Part shown: positions 30,511 to 39,636 of the stretch, piece after piece
Position numbering within the stretch: position 1 is the first letter of the stretch
Layout of the letters: each line of letters starts with the position of its first letter
Assembly: GCA_018992685.1 (NCBI GenBank)
Contig: JACVGT010000008.1
Location: forward strand, 32,001 to 96,000
Direction of reading: 5' to 3'
Origin: Theionarchaea archaeon
GTDB lineage: Archaea; Methanobacteriota_B; Thermococci; Methanofastidiosales; SZ-28-30
Length of the DNA stretch: 64,000 nucleotides
Notes under the pieces: model-generated
Told to the model about the DNA's origin: nothing
What the model saw: the letters and a program-made list of their open reading frames with translations, nothing else
Database searches by the model: none
Program-made: the position numbers and the translations under genes

Positions 30511-31623
30511 CTAGGATTGCTTGATGGCCTCAACCACAGCATCTCCTACCTGTGAGCATCGAGCTTCTCCTCCCAGGTCGTACGTGAGTGGTTTTCCCCT
30601 TTGAAGAACAGAGCCCACAGCCTTCTCCACAGCCCCTGCAGCCTCTTTCGCCCTGTCATCAGACTTCTTCTCGCCCAAATAAGAGAGCATCATCTGAACT
30701 GAAAGAATACTGGCTATAGGGTTTGCTTTGTCTTGACCCGCATACTTGGGAGCAGAGCCATGAACAGGCTCAAACATGGCATGGCTGTCACCAATATTGG
30801 CAGAAGCAGCCATTCCCATTCCCCCCTGTAGTACTGATGCCAGATCTGTGGCAATGTCTCCCAGCATATTAGAAGTAACAGCGACATCATAAAATTCCGG
30901 GTTCCGAATAATCCACTGAGTGAAAGCGTCGATGTATGAATAATCCCTCTCTACAGGGTATGTAGGAGCGATCTCATCATAGACCTGTCTGAAGAGCTGA
31001 CATCCATTCATGACATTGCTCTTGTCCACACAGGTCACCCGTCGCTTCCCATCTTTGGGCGCCCCTTTTCGGTTCATGCACAATTTAAATGCAAATCGGA
31101 TAACTCTTTCACAGCCCTTTCTGGTGATAATCCTGGAATCCACCGCCAGCTCTGTTATTCCTCCTCTCTTCAAGAATCCCCTGGTAGGAGTGTAGCAGCC
31201 CTCAGTGTTCTCTCTGACAATAACAAAGTCAACACTCTCTGGCTTCCAGACCTGCCTGAACTCGTTGCAGATTCTGTGCCTGACACCCGGATAGAGTTTC
31301 GTGGGCCTCACATTCGCATACAGATCCAGCCCGAACCGAAGACCAAAAACAACTCCAGCTCCCGCCAGGTTTCCATCAGGAAGGGTTGCACCAGGCCATC
31401 CGATGGCTCCCAGTACAACGGCATCAGCCTTTTTACAATCTTCAAAGGCCTCATCAGCGCATTCTTTCCCCGTCTCAAGATAGTATTGACCGCCACAAGA
31501 ATATGATTCACAGTGAAAAGAAATCCCATAATGATCAGAAACTGCTTCCAGAACCTTCCTTCCTTCACGGGTGACCTCACGGCCCACGCCATCTCCTGGC
31601 AAAAAAATGATGCGGTAACTCAT
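30511..31623 (-). CDS. Isocitrate/isopropylmalate/tartrate dehydrogenase family enzyme
   Basis: LPGDGVGREV, YANVRP, VRENTEG, NMLGDI.TD, FEPVHGSAP. Confidence 0.93.
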   Translation of the reverse strand: MSYRIIFLPGDGVGREVTREGRKVLEAVSDHYGISFHCESYSCGGQYYLETGKECADEAFEDCKKADAVVLGAIGWPGATLPDGNLAGAGVVFGLRFGLDLYANVRPTKLYPGVRHRICNEFRQVWKPESVDFVIVRENTEGCYTPTRGFLKRGGITELAVDSRIITRKGCERVIRFAFKLCMNRKGAPKDGKRRVTCVDKSNVMNGCQLFRQVYDEIAPTYPVERDYSYIDAFTQWIIRNPEFYDVAVTSNMLGDIATDLASVLQGGMGMAASANIGDSHAMFEPVHGSAPKYAGQDKANPIASILSVQMMLSYLGEKKSDDRAKEAAGAVEKAVGSVLQRGKPLTYDLGGEARCSQVGDAVVEAIKQS

Positions 31624-31770
31624 GGTTAATATATGGGAGATGCCTTTTTAATGTATGCGGTCATGGCACCCTACCATCAGGATGTCTTTTCTCTTTTTCC
31701 CGCGGGCTGTGCTCTCCTCTGACAATCCATAACTCACTGTCCCTGCTGGCATTCCTGCTGACACACAGAG

Positions 31771-32355
31771 TTACTCAAAGAACCTGTTCAACCGATAGTC
31801 CACCTGCAGTATCTCCAATTCTCTCTCCAGCAGAGAGAGCTGTTTCTTGTCCAGAACAGCGGGATTCAGAGGGATGATCAACGTTGCCCTGCTAAGGATG
31901 ATCCGGTCATTCAATGATTGCAGAAATTTCAGAGTGCTCTCAAACGAGTTCTGGAGGGCTATGTACTCTATTCCATCAAGCAGAATCACTGCTTTCTCAT
32001 TCTGAGAGACAAATTCTTGAACGAAATATTCCAGCTTTTCCAGATCAGAGGGATCAATACTGCCTTCTGTCTTCTCACGGCTCAACCACAAAAAGATGTC
32101 TTTATCCATCTTGTATTTCTGACGGATTTTATCGGGGAACGTACGTGTAATTATCATTCCCTTGGAGGACTGCTTTTCTCTTATCTTCTCGTAGGCTTCG
32201 AATCCCTTTTTTGTATCCTTTGTTTTCAGAATATAGGAAGCACCAAGATCATCAGTAAATCGGAGCGGTTCTCTCCTCCTCATGTGTTTCGCTACCCAAA
32301 AGGCTGCGATTCCCGCTGCGATAGCTATAACTGCAAGACCTACATAGGTTTTCAA
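31771..32355 (-). CDS. DUF835 domain protein with N-terminal TM
   Basis: GMIITR.FP, WLS, IDPSDL, ILLDGIEY..LQNSF, LLEREL. Confidence 0.88.
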   Translation of the reverse strand: MKTYVGLAVIAIAAGIAAFWVAKHMRRREPLRFTDDLGASYILKTKDTKKGFEAYEKIREKQSSKGMIITRTFPDKIRQKYKMDKDIFLWLSREKTEGSIDPSDLEKLEYFVQEFVSQNEKAVILLDGIEYIALQNSFESTLKFLQSLNDRIILSRATLIIPLNPAVLDKKQLSLLERELEILQVDYRLNRFFE

Positions 32356-32585
32356 GTACCGTCACCTGTGATTCCCTATGATCCAGTGATATTTAAATGC
32401 TACCAATAGAGCTTTCTCTGTTGTGGTTTTCGCAGTGAGACGGGTGTTGACCGAGATTTCATTGTCACTATGCTTATCCTGCAGGAGAGAATCCAAGATA
32501 GAAGGGGTTTCCATCAGGTTTGACTGGGTGTAACCAAAACCTTTTTTATGAAGCGAAGTAAGTAAACCAAAAAGAGGTGAGAGCT

Positions 32586-33875
32586 ATGAAAAAGTTGTAC
32601 ATTCAGGGTCTGAAAAACAAAATCGGACAGACGGTGGAGTTGACCGCCTGGGTGCACCGGAAGAGGACTCATGGTAGTCTGCTGTTTCTGGTACTCAGAG
32701 ACTCCTCAGGAACAGTCCAGGCATCAATAAAGAAAGACCAGTGCGGGGAGGAACCCTTCAATAACGCCTGCGCCGTCACCCTTGAATCGATAGTTACCGT
32801 CAAGGGAGTGGTGGTGGAGGACAGGAGAGCTCCTGCTGGCATAGAGATTCGGGTGAGCAACTTCAATAGCTTGAGCCTCTCCGAGGAATTCCCCCTGCAA
32901 GAGGATACAGGGCTGGAAGTCCTCCTGGACCACAGACATCTGCACCTGAGGAGCATCAGACTGACCAACATCATGAAGGCGCGGCACTACCTTCTTCAAT
33001 ACCTGAGGGAATTTTTCATCAAAGACACGTTCTGGGAAGTCTATCCTCCCATTCTGACGGTTGCTGGGTGTGAAGGTGGTTCTACTTTGTTTAGTCTGGA
33101 TTACTATGGGGATACGGTGTACCTGTCCCAGTCCGCTCAGCTGTACCTTGAGGCGTTGATTCTTTCCCTCGAGAAGGTGTATGCCTTTACCCCCTCATTC
33201 AGGGCAGAGAAATCGAGGACTCCAAAGCACGTGACAGAATACTGGCACCTGGAACAGGAAGCCTCGTTCTATGACAATGAGGACAACATGACGTTTCAGG
33301 AGAACATGATCAGCTACGTGTGCCAGAGAATGGCTGACCAGCACGGAGACCTTGTCAGGGAACTGGGGAGAGACCCCGACTACTTGAAGAATGTGAAACC
33401 ACCCTTCTATCGTGTGACCTATGATGAAGCACTTGAGAGGCTGGCAGATGCCGGCATCGAGAAGGAGTGGGGAGATGACCTGGGAACTGAGGATGAATTC
33501 GCACTGACTGAGGAACTGGACAAGCCGCTGTTCGTGTGGAGATGGCCCAAGACTGCAAAGCCATTCTACATGAAGCTCGACCCCCAAAACGAGGAATACG
33601 TGCTGAACGATGATTTGCTGGCGCCAGAGGGTCACTCAGAGCTGATAGGAGGTTCTCAGAGAATACATGACTATGATGAACTGGTGCAGCGGATAGAAGA
33701 AGAGCATATGGACCCTGCGGCTTACCAGTGGTATATTGACCTGAGAAAATACGGGAGTGCTCCTCATTCGGGATTCGGGTTGGGGACAGAACGGCTGCTA
33801 AAGTGGATGCTCAACCTGGAACACATCAGAGATGTTATCCCCTTCCCCAGGACACCGCGGAGATACTACCCTTAA
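32586..33875 (+). CDS. asnS: Asparagine--tRNA ligase
   Basis: OB anticodon domain, EGGSTLF, YLSQSAQLYLE, FRAEKSRT..H..EYWH, PHSGFGLG.ER. Confidence 0.92.
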   Translation: MKKLYIQGLKNKIGQTVELTAWVHRKRTHGSLLFLVLRDSSGTVQASIKKDQCGEEPFNNACAVTLESIVTVKGVVVEDRRAPAGIEIRVSNFNSLSLSEEFPLQEDTGLEVLLDHRHLHLRSIRLTNIMKARHYLLQYLREFFIKDTFWEVYPPILTVAGCEGGSTLFSLDYYGDTVYLSQSAQLYLEALILSLEKVYAFTPSFRAEKSRTPKHVTEYWHLEQEASFYDNEDNMTFQENMISYVCQRMADQHGDLVRELGRDPDYLKNVKPPFYRVTYDEALERLADAGIEKEWGDDLGTEDEFALTEELDKPLFVWRWPKTAKPFYMKLDPQNEEYVLNDDLLAPEGHSELIGGSQRIHDYDELVQRIEEEHMDPAAYQWYIDLRKYGSAPHSGFGLGTERLLKWMLNLEHIRDVIPFPRTPRRYYP

Positions 33876-34044
33876 TTTCCTTTTTTTCTTGAGGTGAAGT
33901 GACTCTTCCTGCTGCATCTTCTGAACCCAGTATTCCCGAGAAACCGGTTATAATCAGCATCAATTTGGAGTAGCGTGACCAGTCTCTCTGTATTCCTGAC
34001 CACAAGAGAGAGCTTTGGGATTTCCTGCCATTCATTGCCTTCCA

Positions 34045-34139
34045 GGCAATCCTCCTTCCGGCAATCCTCCTTCATCCTCCTTCAGTCTGGATCTGGTTTC
34101 GTATCACCCATGCTTTTTCCTCCTTCAGTCTGGATCTGG
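34045..34139. repeat. Nested direct repeats
   Basis: GGCAATCCTCCTTC at 34045 and 34060; TCCTCCTTCAGTCTGGATCTGG at 34075 and 34118. Confidence 0.9.
34082..34111 (-). CDS. Putative 9-aa micro-ORF MGDTKPDPD
   Basis: GGAGGAAAAAGC-ATG RBS directly after the upstream stop; copies the C-terminus of the 46-aa peptide. Confidence 0.35.
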   Translation of the reverse strand: MGDTKPDPD

Positions 34140-34265
34140 CCTGGTATCCCCAAAAGGGCGCAACAGAAATCCAGACACCATGGACCTGGGTCCAACCATG
34201 TCCTCATCCAAAAGTAGTATCCCTCTGCCACCATCACTTCTTCTCAATGAAGTTTTTCTGATCAT
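34125..34265 (-). CDS. Putative 46-aa peptide ending FGDTRPDPD
   Basis: GGAGGAAAAAACA-ATG SD; promoter-like GAAAGA-TATAAATA at about 34334-34347. Confidence 0.55.
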   Translation of the reverse strand: MIRKTSLRRSDGGRGILLLDEDMVGPRSMVSGFLLRPFGDTRPDPD

Positions 34266-34392
34266 TGTTTTTTCCTCCTAAGCTCACGTTCTTCCAAATG
34301 GAAGATACATCATATGAATATCCTTAGAGGGACTATTTATATCTTTCAGTCTGAGTATAACTGGGAGGAATGTACGATGAAGAATTACTCTT

Positions 34393-34542
34393 TCAGACTT
34401 TTTCTTCCAGCAGCCAGCGCGCAAACCGCAGAAGATCCTTCTCAATTACATCAACTTGCAGTTCGTTCTTCTGCAGCCAGTGGGGCATCCGTTCCTTCTG
34501 CATTGTGTCAATGGCGCCCATGATTTCTCCCATGGTTCGCAT
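34393..34542 (-). CDS. Small hypothetical protein (49 aa)
   Basis: MRTMGEIMGAIDTMQKERMPHWLQKNELQVDVIEKDLLRFARWLLEEKV; GGTGA just upstream (spacing fits the ATG at 34533 better) and TTTTAAA promoter. Confidence 0.6.
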   Translation of the reverse strand: MRTMGEIMGAIDTMQKERMPHWLQKNELQVDVIEKDLLRFARWLLEEKV

Positions 34543-34593
34543 ATCACCGTTGTTCGGGTAAAGGTTTAAAAGCCTTTCTAATTACCCACATGT

Positions 34594-35394
34594 ATGCTCT
34601 CACAGATCATTTTAACCCCCTGGGAAGCCAGGCGGCTGATTGCCAAGGCTGTGGTCCAGCTTCCCCCCGTAAAGCACGCATTACGCCAAGGTATCGTCTG
34701 CATTGCCAGAGGAACCACCACCTCATACATTGTGGAAGAGCTTTCAGGCCCAATCAAGAAGGAGGAGTATTGTATTGGGTGTATTGGCCCTGAAAGACTG
34801 TGTCTGGTTCCAGAAAAGAACAGACTACCAGAAATCGCATACATACATGGAACTCCTCAAGAAATTGCCTCAAAAGATATTGTCAAAGACATGGGATCAG
34901 GAGATGTCTTCATCAAAGGGGCAAATGCTGTTGACCCCGACTTTGAAGCGGGTATCCTGCTGGGAAGTGCTGTGGGCGGAACCATAGGAAGTGCTATTGG
35001 AGCACTATATGCCAAAGGAATTCATTTTGTCATCCCTGTAGGGCTGGAGAAACTGGTTCCTTTCTCAGTGCGGAAAGCCAAAACGTTCACTGGATTCACG
35101 CGAGTAGACTCCTCCATGGGGATGGCCGTGGGATTGTTCCCTGTGGTGGGCACTGTTGTGACAGAAATCCAGGCACTGGAGCAGATGGGTGTGACAGCGG
35201 TACCCATTGCAGCAGGTGGATGCAATGGAGCTGAAGGTGCTTCCATTCTGGCCATCCAGGGAGAAGAAGAACGCATGAAAAAGGTCCTGAAAATCATAGA
35301 CAGCATAAAGGGTGAGCCCCCACTGAGAATGCCCACTGAAGACTGTCAGACCTGTGAACATTCCACCTGCCCCTGGAGAGGACGAGCCAGGTGA
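34594..35394 (+). CDS. Conserved hypothetical protein of anaerobes (NagB/RpiA/CoA-transferase-like fold)
   Basis: LTP.EARRLIAKAV, GTTTSYI.EEL, DVFIKGANAVD, PVGLEK, AAGG..GAEGA, C-terminal CxxC-x3-C. Confidence 0.75.
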   Translation: MLSQIILTPWEARRLIAKAVVQLPPVKHALRQGIVCIARGTTTSYIVEELSGPIKKEEYCIGCIGPERLCLVPEKNRLPEIAYIHGTPQEIASKDIVKDMGSGDVFIKGANAVDPDFEAGILLGSAVGGTIGSAIGALYAKGIHFVIPVGLEKLVPFSVRKAKTFTGFTRVDSSMGMAVGLFPVVGTVVTEIQALEQMGVTAVPIAAGGCNGAEGASILAIQGEEERMKKVLKIIDSIKGEPPLRMPTEDCQTCEHSTCPWRGRAR

Positions 35395-35398
35395 TGAG

Positions 35399-36766
35399 AT
35401 GTCTCTCCAGAAGTTCTTCAGTCCCAAAAGTGTTGCAGTGGTGGGTGCTTCCAGAACCTTCGGGAAGGCAGGAAATGTCATCCTTCTAAACTTGCTTAAT
35501 CTCGGATATGAAGGGAGAATATACCCGGTAAACCCCAGGGCAGACACTATTTTTGAGTTGAAATGTTATCCCACTGTATCTTCCATTCCTGAGGTCGTGG
35601 ATGTGGCAGTCATTGCCACACCATCCATTTTTGTGCCTGAAATCATGAGAGACATTCAAGCCAAGGGAGTGACCAACGTCGTCATTATTTCTTCAGGATT
35701 TTCCGAAGGGAGTGAGGAAGGAAAAAGCCTCCACCAGGAGGTTTTAGCCATAGCTCAGAAGGCACACATTCGCATCATAGGCCCCAACACCACGGGCATC
35801 ACGTCAAGTGAGAGCAAATTCTGTACATCTTTTGTGCCCATCGAGGAGGTACCTCCCGGCAAGGTGGCTTTTGTTGCCCAGACAGGACTGTTCCTGGGGG
35901 TTCTGCTGGAGACCATACTATCAGAAGAACATTTCGGCATTTCCAAGGTGGTGGGCCTGGGGAATAAAATGGATGTGGAGGATTCTGAAGTCCTGGAGTA
36001 CCTGGCCCAGGACGGGGAGACTGAAATCATGTGCTTCTACATTGAAGGACTGAAAAAGGCGCGGAAATTCTATGAAGTCGCCAAGAAAGTCACCCCGAAG
36101 AAGCCTGTCCTGGTGGTGAAGTCAGGGGTCACAGGAGAAGGATCGAAAGCAGCCGTTTCTCATACTGCTTCTCTATCAGGGAATGACCAGTTGTTCTCTG
36201 CCATGTGTCAGCAAGCTGGCATCATTCGGGCTTCTGACCTGGAAGAACTGGTGGAAGCTGCCAAAGCATTTGCATTCCAGCCCTTACCAAAGGGGAAGAG
36301 AACAGCGCTTGTCCACTATACCGGGGCGGGGTGTGTGATGGGAGCAGACAGTATTGTAAGGGAAGGGTTGGAAATGGCCAGTCTTTCAGAAGAGACTCTC
36401 GCTCCTCTCCGTAAGATAACACCTGAATGGCACACCCTCCGGAACCCAGTAGATTTATGGCCATCCATAGAGTCAGCTGGAGCAGACAAAGCGTTTTCCA
36501 CCGTTGTCAAGTCACTCATTGAGGATGACGGTGTGGATGCTGTGGTACTTGCTGTGGGCTGCATGAGGGGATTTCCCCTTGAATGGCCCGAGATGCGGGA
36601 GTTTTATGGAAAAAAACCTGTGCTCATTGCAGTGGAAGGGGACAGGGAACTGGGATTTTCCGCACTTGAAAAGCTGGAAGCACAGAAATTTCCCTGTTTC
36701 AAGAGTGTTCAGAGGGCAATTCGTGCTCTGGGCCACATGGTAGCGTACAGGTCACATTTAAAGTAG
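35399..36766 (+). CDS. acdA: ADP-forming acyl-CoA synthetase alpha subunit
   Basis: FFSPKSVAVVGAS, YPVNP, IIGPNTTG, GLGNKMD, SHTASL phospho-His, NPVDL. Confidence 0.88.
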   Translation: MSLQKFFSPKSVAVVGASRTFGKAGNVILLNLLNLGYEGRIYPVNPRADTIFELKCYPTVSSIPEVVDVAVIATPSIFVPEIMRDIQAKGVTNVVIISSGFSEGSEEGKSLHQEVLAIAQKAHIRIIGPNTTGITSSESKFCTSFVPIEEVPPGKVAFVAQTGLFLGVLLETILSEEHFGISKVVGLGNKMDVEDSEVLEYLAQDGETEIMCFYIEGLKKARKFYEVAKKVTPKKPVLVVKSGVTGEGSKAAVSHTASLSGNDQLFSAMCQQAGIIRASDLEELVEAAKAFAFQPLPKGKRTALVHYTGAGCVMGADSIVREGLEMASLSEETLAPLRKITPEWHTLRNPVDLWPSIESAGADKAFSTVVKSLIEDDGVDAVVLAVGCMRGFPLEWPEMREFYGKKPVLIAVEGDRELGFSALEKLEAQKFPCFKSVQRAIRALGHMVAYRSHLK

Positions 36767-36817
36767 ACCCACCAGGTATGTCCAAGAAGACACGGTGCAG
36801 AATATACCTGGACAGCT

Positions 36818-38152
36818 TTATGGCGTGACTGGCTGTTCTGGCCACGGCTGTCCCCGTGTAGCGCACATCCAGGGATCGGGCATGCACACAGTCCCATAGT
36901 GCTGAAGCACTCTCGCTTTGCAGCCGCCTCTGCATTCCTGGACATGAGAACAGGTTCCGCAAGTCATGCTTTCTGTTGTACACTGCCTGAAAGGCTCGAA
37001 AATTGGACTGTTCATCCAAAGGTACTCCATTGATTCTTCTCTGAGGCTGCCTGCTGTATGCTCAGGACTGCTCAACACAGGACACAGCACCACATCCCCA
37101 CTCGCAGTCACCGTCACCATGGACGTCCCCACCCCGCAGAAAGAGTAGGGTGATTCCGTATTCTGCATTTCTGACGCGAATGTGAGCTCTAAACGTTGAG
37201 GAGTTTTCTCCTCAAAGGTCCGACACTGTTGTGATACCTCTTCACCCATTTCCAGAGGCGGAATGAGATGTTCGTGCTCTGTGCCTCTCCCTGCCCCCAT
37301 GAATCGATCGAAAATCATCTCGCGGACACCTAGATCCACCAGCATCTGGATGACGTTGGATAACTCTCCCACATTTTCTGTGTACACCACGGTATTGGAG
37401 CGGACCGGTATCCCATGGTTGACCAGCCGAGTGATACCTTCTACGGTCTTGTCAAAGGTATCCTTCCCCCTGATCTTCTGGTGGAGTTCTCTCGTACCGT
37501 CAAGACTTACCATGACTTTCTCAGGGTTCAAAGCCTCCAACTGGCACACCGTGTCCTCGGTCAGGAGGATACCATTGGTGAACAGGTTCACCCCAACAGT
37601 ATTATCCACGATATATTCCAGAAGATCGAAGATGTCGCTCCGCAGGAGGGGTTCTCCCCCGGTGACAGCAATGCTCACCACACCCAGAGAAGCCAGTGAG
37701 TCTATTGCAGACATCCAGTCTGCTGTATCCAATTCTTCCCCATGTGATGTACCTGCTTTCTTGTAGCAGTGAATACAGGTCAGGTTACACTTATTGGTTA
37801 CCTCAAGATATGCAATATCAATGGGCCACTCCATCTCACTGCTCTTCATGATGACGGGCACATGCACTGGCTGACTGGAACCGTCCAGAAAATGGAGGTC
37901 ACGCAGGAAATCAATGGACTTTGAAGCCTTGTTCCTCACTCCTCTCTCAGGTTCGCTGTACAGCCCGCACAGTTCCTGTACAAGATCATCAGCTGTCCTT
38001 GTGCCGTCGCATAATACCAGTAACTCCTTTAAATCCTCATTTGCTTTCCCCTGAATTCTCCTCTTCAAATCCTTTACTAGATATTTCCCCCCTTTTTGCT
38101 TCTTGATGACAAGAGAGCCCGAACTCACCAAATACTCTTTTTCATCAGTCAT
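36818..38152 (-). CDS. Radical SAM/SPASM peptide maturase with N-terminal PqqD-like RRE
   Basis: RRE-like LLVLCDGTRTADDLVQELCGLY; CNLTCIHC; TGGEPLL; SPASM FCG...GDVVLCP...CGTC-x5-C-RGGC...DPWMC; GGAGG SD; start overlaps the upstream stop. Confidence 0.92.
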   Translation of the reverse strand: MTDEKEYLVSSGSLVIKKQKGGKYLVKDLKRRIQGKANEDLKELLVLCDGTRTADDLVQELCGLYSEPERGVRNKASKSIDFLRDLHFLDGSSQPVHVPVIMKSSEMEWPIDIAYLEVTNKCNLTCIHCYKKAGTSHGEELDTADWMSAIDSLASLGVVSIAVTGGEPLLRSDIFDLLEYIVDNTVGVNLFTNGILLTEDTVCQLEALNPEKVMVSLDGTRELHQKIRGKDTFDKTVEGITRLVNHGIPVRSNTVVYTENVGELSNVIQMLVDLGVREMIFDRFMGAGRGTEHEHLIPPLEMGEEVSQQCRTFEEKTPQRLELTFASEMQNTESPYSFCGVGTSMVTVTASGDVVLCPVLSSPEHTAGSLREESMEYLWMNSPIFEPFRQCTTESMTCGTCSHVQECRGGCKARVLQHYGTVCMPDPWMCATRGQPWPEQPVTP

Positions 38153-39197
38153 ATCCATCCTCCCAGCTTGCTGCAGCCAGCATTTGAGACCACGGGATAG
38201 CCTCATACGGATATGATACCACCTGTTCATCAAAGACCTTCCTGCAGAGGGCAAGAAACCCACGGTGCTGAGGACTGCCGAAATATTCCTGGACCACATC
38301 CATCAACGACTTCTCCCTGATGTTCCCCATGTACAGACGGGGGTTGAGACAGCTGTCAACAGGCACCACATTCCCGTCAGGCAGGATGATGAGCTCCCGG
38401 GGATCATTTTCAGCATGTCTGTGGCATTCTGAGCCAAAGCATGCATATGCATTACAGGGGTGTTCAGTCAGGACCTTCTTGCTGTGGATTCCCATGTATA
38501 CGCTGGTACTGGCCAGGTACTGCCCGTACAGCCTCGTGGTGAATTCAGCCAGTTCATCAATTTCCTTTTCAGACAGACAGGAAGATGCAATTTCCCGGGC
38601 TCTTCCTCCCACGAAGAGGGGCTCCAGTTTCAGACTCTCTGCTCCCAGGTCAGAGGCTGTCTCGGCAATCCATTCTATATATGGAAAGCTCTTCTTCGTT
38701 ACCGTAAACTGGAGGGCAAAAGGGACATCTTTCTTCCTGAGAGCTTCAATACCCCTCATAGCACTTTGAAATGCACCCTTCATCCCCCTGAAGGTATCAT
38801 GGTACTCCTGAGGACCATCGACGCTGATGAGAACACACCTCACCAGGTCCCGCACTTTTTCTGCCAACTCCTCTGTGATGAGCGTCCCATTGGAAACGAA
38901 ATCGGGTGAGAACCCTTCCTCAACTGCTACTTCCAGGATACGGGTAAGGTCTGGATGCAGGGTAGGTTCTCCTCCTGAAAATGCTATTCGGGTGGTGTTC
39001 AGCTTCTTCATGTCCCTGACTATGGACAAGACCTCTTCTGCAGTGAACTGGTGCACGGGGACGTTCTGAGCATTGATGAAGCAGTGCTGACACGAGAGGT
39101 TACACCAGTCAGTGATATGAAAGAGAAACGTCACTTCCTCTTCAAAAAACCTCAGGGCATGCTGGTGCACACCCTGAGAATCAATCGGGGTTGTCAT
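38145..39197 (-). CDS. Radical SAM enzyme with atypical SPASM/twitch-like C-terminus
   Basis: CNLSCQHC, FSGGEP, SNG, ISVDGP..YHD.FRG; GGTGG SD right after the precursor stop. Confidence 0.9.
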   Translation of the reverse strand: MTTPIDSQGVHQHALRFFEEEVTFLFHITDWCNLSCQHCFINAQNVPVHQFTAEEVLSIVRDMKKLNTTRIAFSGGEPTLHPDLTRILEVAVEEGFSPDFVSNGTLITEELAEKVRDLVRCVLISVDGPQEYHDTFRGMKGAFQSAMRGIEALRKKDVPFALQFTVTKKSFPYIEWIAETASDLGAESLKLEPLFVGGRAREIASSCLSEKEIDELAEFTTRLYGQYLASTSVYMGIHSKKVLTEHPCNAYACFGSECHRHAENDPRELIILPDGNVVPVDSCLNPRLYMGNIREKSLMDVVQEYFGSPQHRGFLALCRKVFDEQVVSYPYEAIPWSQMLAAASWEDGYD

Positions 39198-39209
39198 GTA
39201 CAATCCACC

Positions 39210-39302
39210 TTAGTATGCAGGCAGCGAAGGCTGCGGCACGATCTTGGTCGCAACAGACTGTATCTTCAGTGCCATGAATTCAGGCATAAATACGTCTTTC
39301 AT
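39210..39302 (-). CDS. Putative RiPP precursor peptide 1 (30 aa) MKDVFMPEFMALKIQSVATKIVPQPSLPAY
   Basis: GAGGTGA SD, own TATA box, stop 12 nt before the rSAM ATG, paralog upstream. Confidence 0.85.
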   Translation of the reverse strand: MKDVFMPEFMALKIQSVATKIVPQPSLPAY

Positions 39303-39333
39303 GGTCTCACCTCGGTGAGGTATATTCTGAGAA

Positions 39334-39347
39334 CTTATAAATGTTTT
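39334..39347 (-). promoter_or_regulatory. BRE/TATA promoter of precursor 1-rSAM operon
   Basis: AAAACA-TTTATAAG on the minus strand. Confidence 0.7.
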
Positions 39348-39463
39348 GTAGATTGAACATATGTCAGAGATATGAGTAAAAAAAACACCTTCTCCACATG
39401 TCATACGGTCCAGAATAAAAACTCATGAGCAGGGAACAAAGATCGACATACATGCCCAACCCT

Positions 39464-39482
39464 CAGAAAAAAAAGAAAGAAA
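39464..39482 (-). terminator. Oligo-T terminator after precursor 2
   Basis: TTTCTTTCTTTTTTTTCTG on the minus strand about 30 nt after the stop. Confidence 0.55.
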
Positions 39483-39513
39483 TGGACTGCTACCCTGATC
39501 ACTGGAGAAGAAC

Positions 39514-39603
39514 TCACGGCACAATAATCGAAGGAATAGGCCATTGCTTGATAATGATAGCCTGTTCGTTGTCTACCAAGAACTCGGGTTGGAACTTCTT
39601 CAT
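39514..39603 (-). CDS. Putative RiPP precursor peptide 2 (29 aa) MKKFQPEFLVDNEQAIIIKQWPIPSIIVP
   Basis: Perfect GGAGGTGA SD (39610-39617), own TATA box, aligns with precursor 1; not in ORF track. Confidence 0.85.
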   Translation of the reverse strand: MKKFQPEFLVDNEQAIIIKQWPIPSIIVP

Positions 39604-39636
39604 TGAATCTCACCTCCCTCCTCTTTCTCACCCTGT

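Noticed and set aside
33872-34075. 67-aa ORF MKEDCRKEDC...
   Set aside because: The N-terminus is generated by the repeats, the SD abuts the ATG with no spacing, and the product has no protein-like features
34045-34139. Direct repeats as a mini CRISPR array
   Set aside because: Only two 22-nt copies 21 nt apart, with similarity extending into the flanks, and no cas genes
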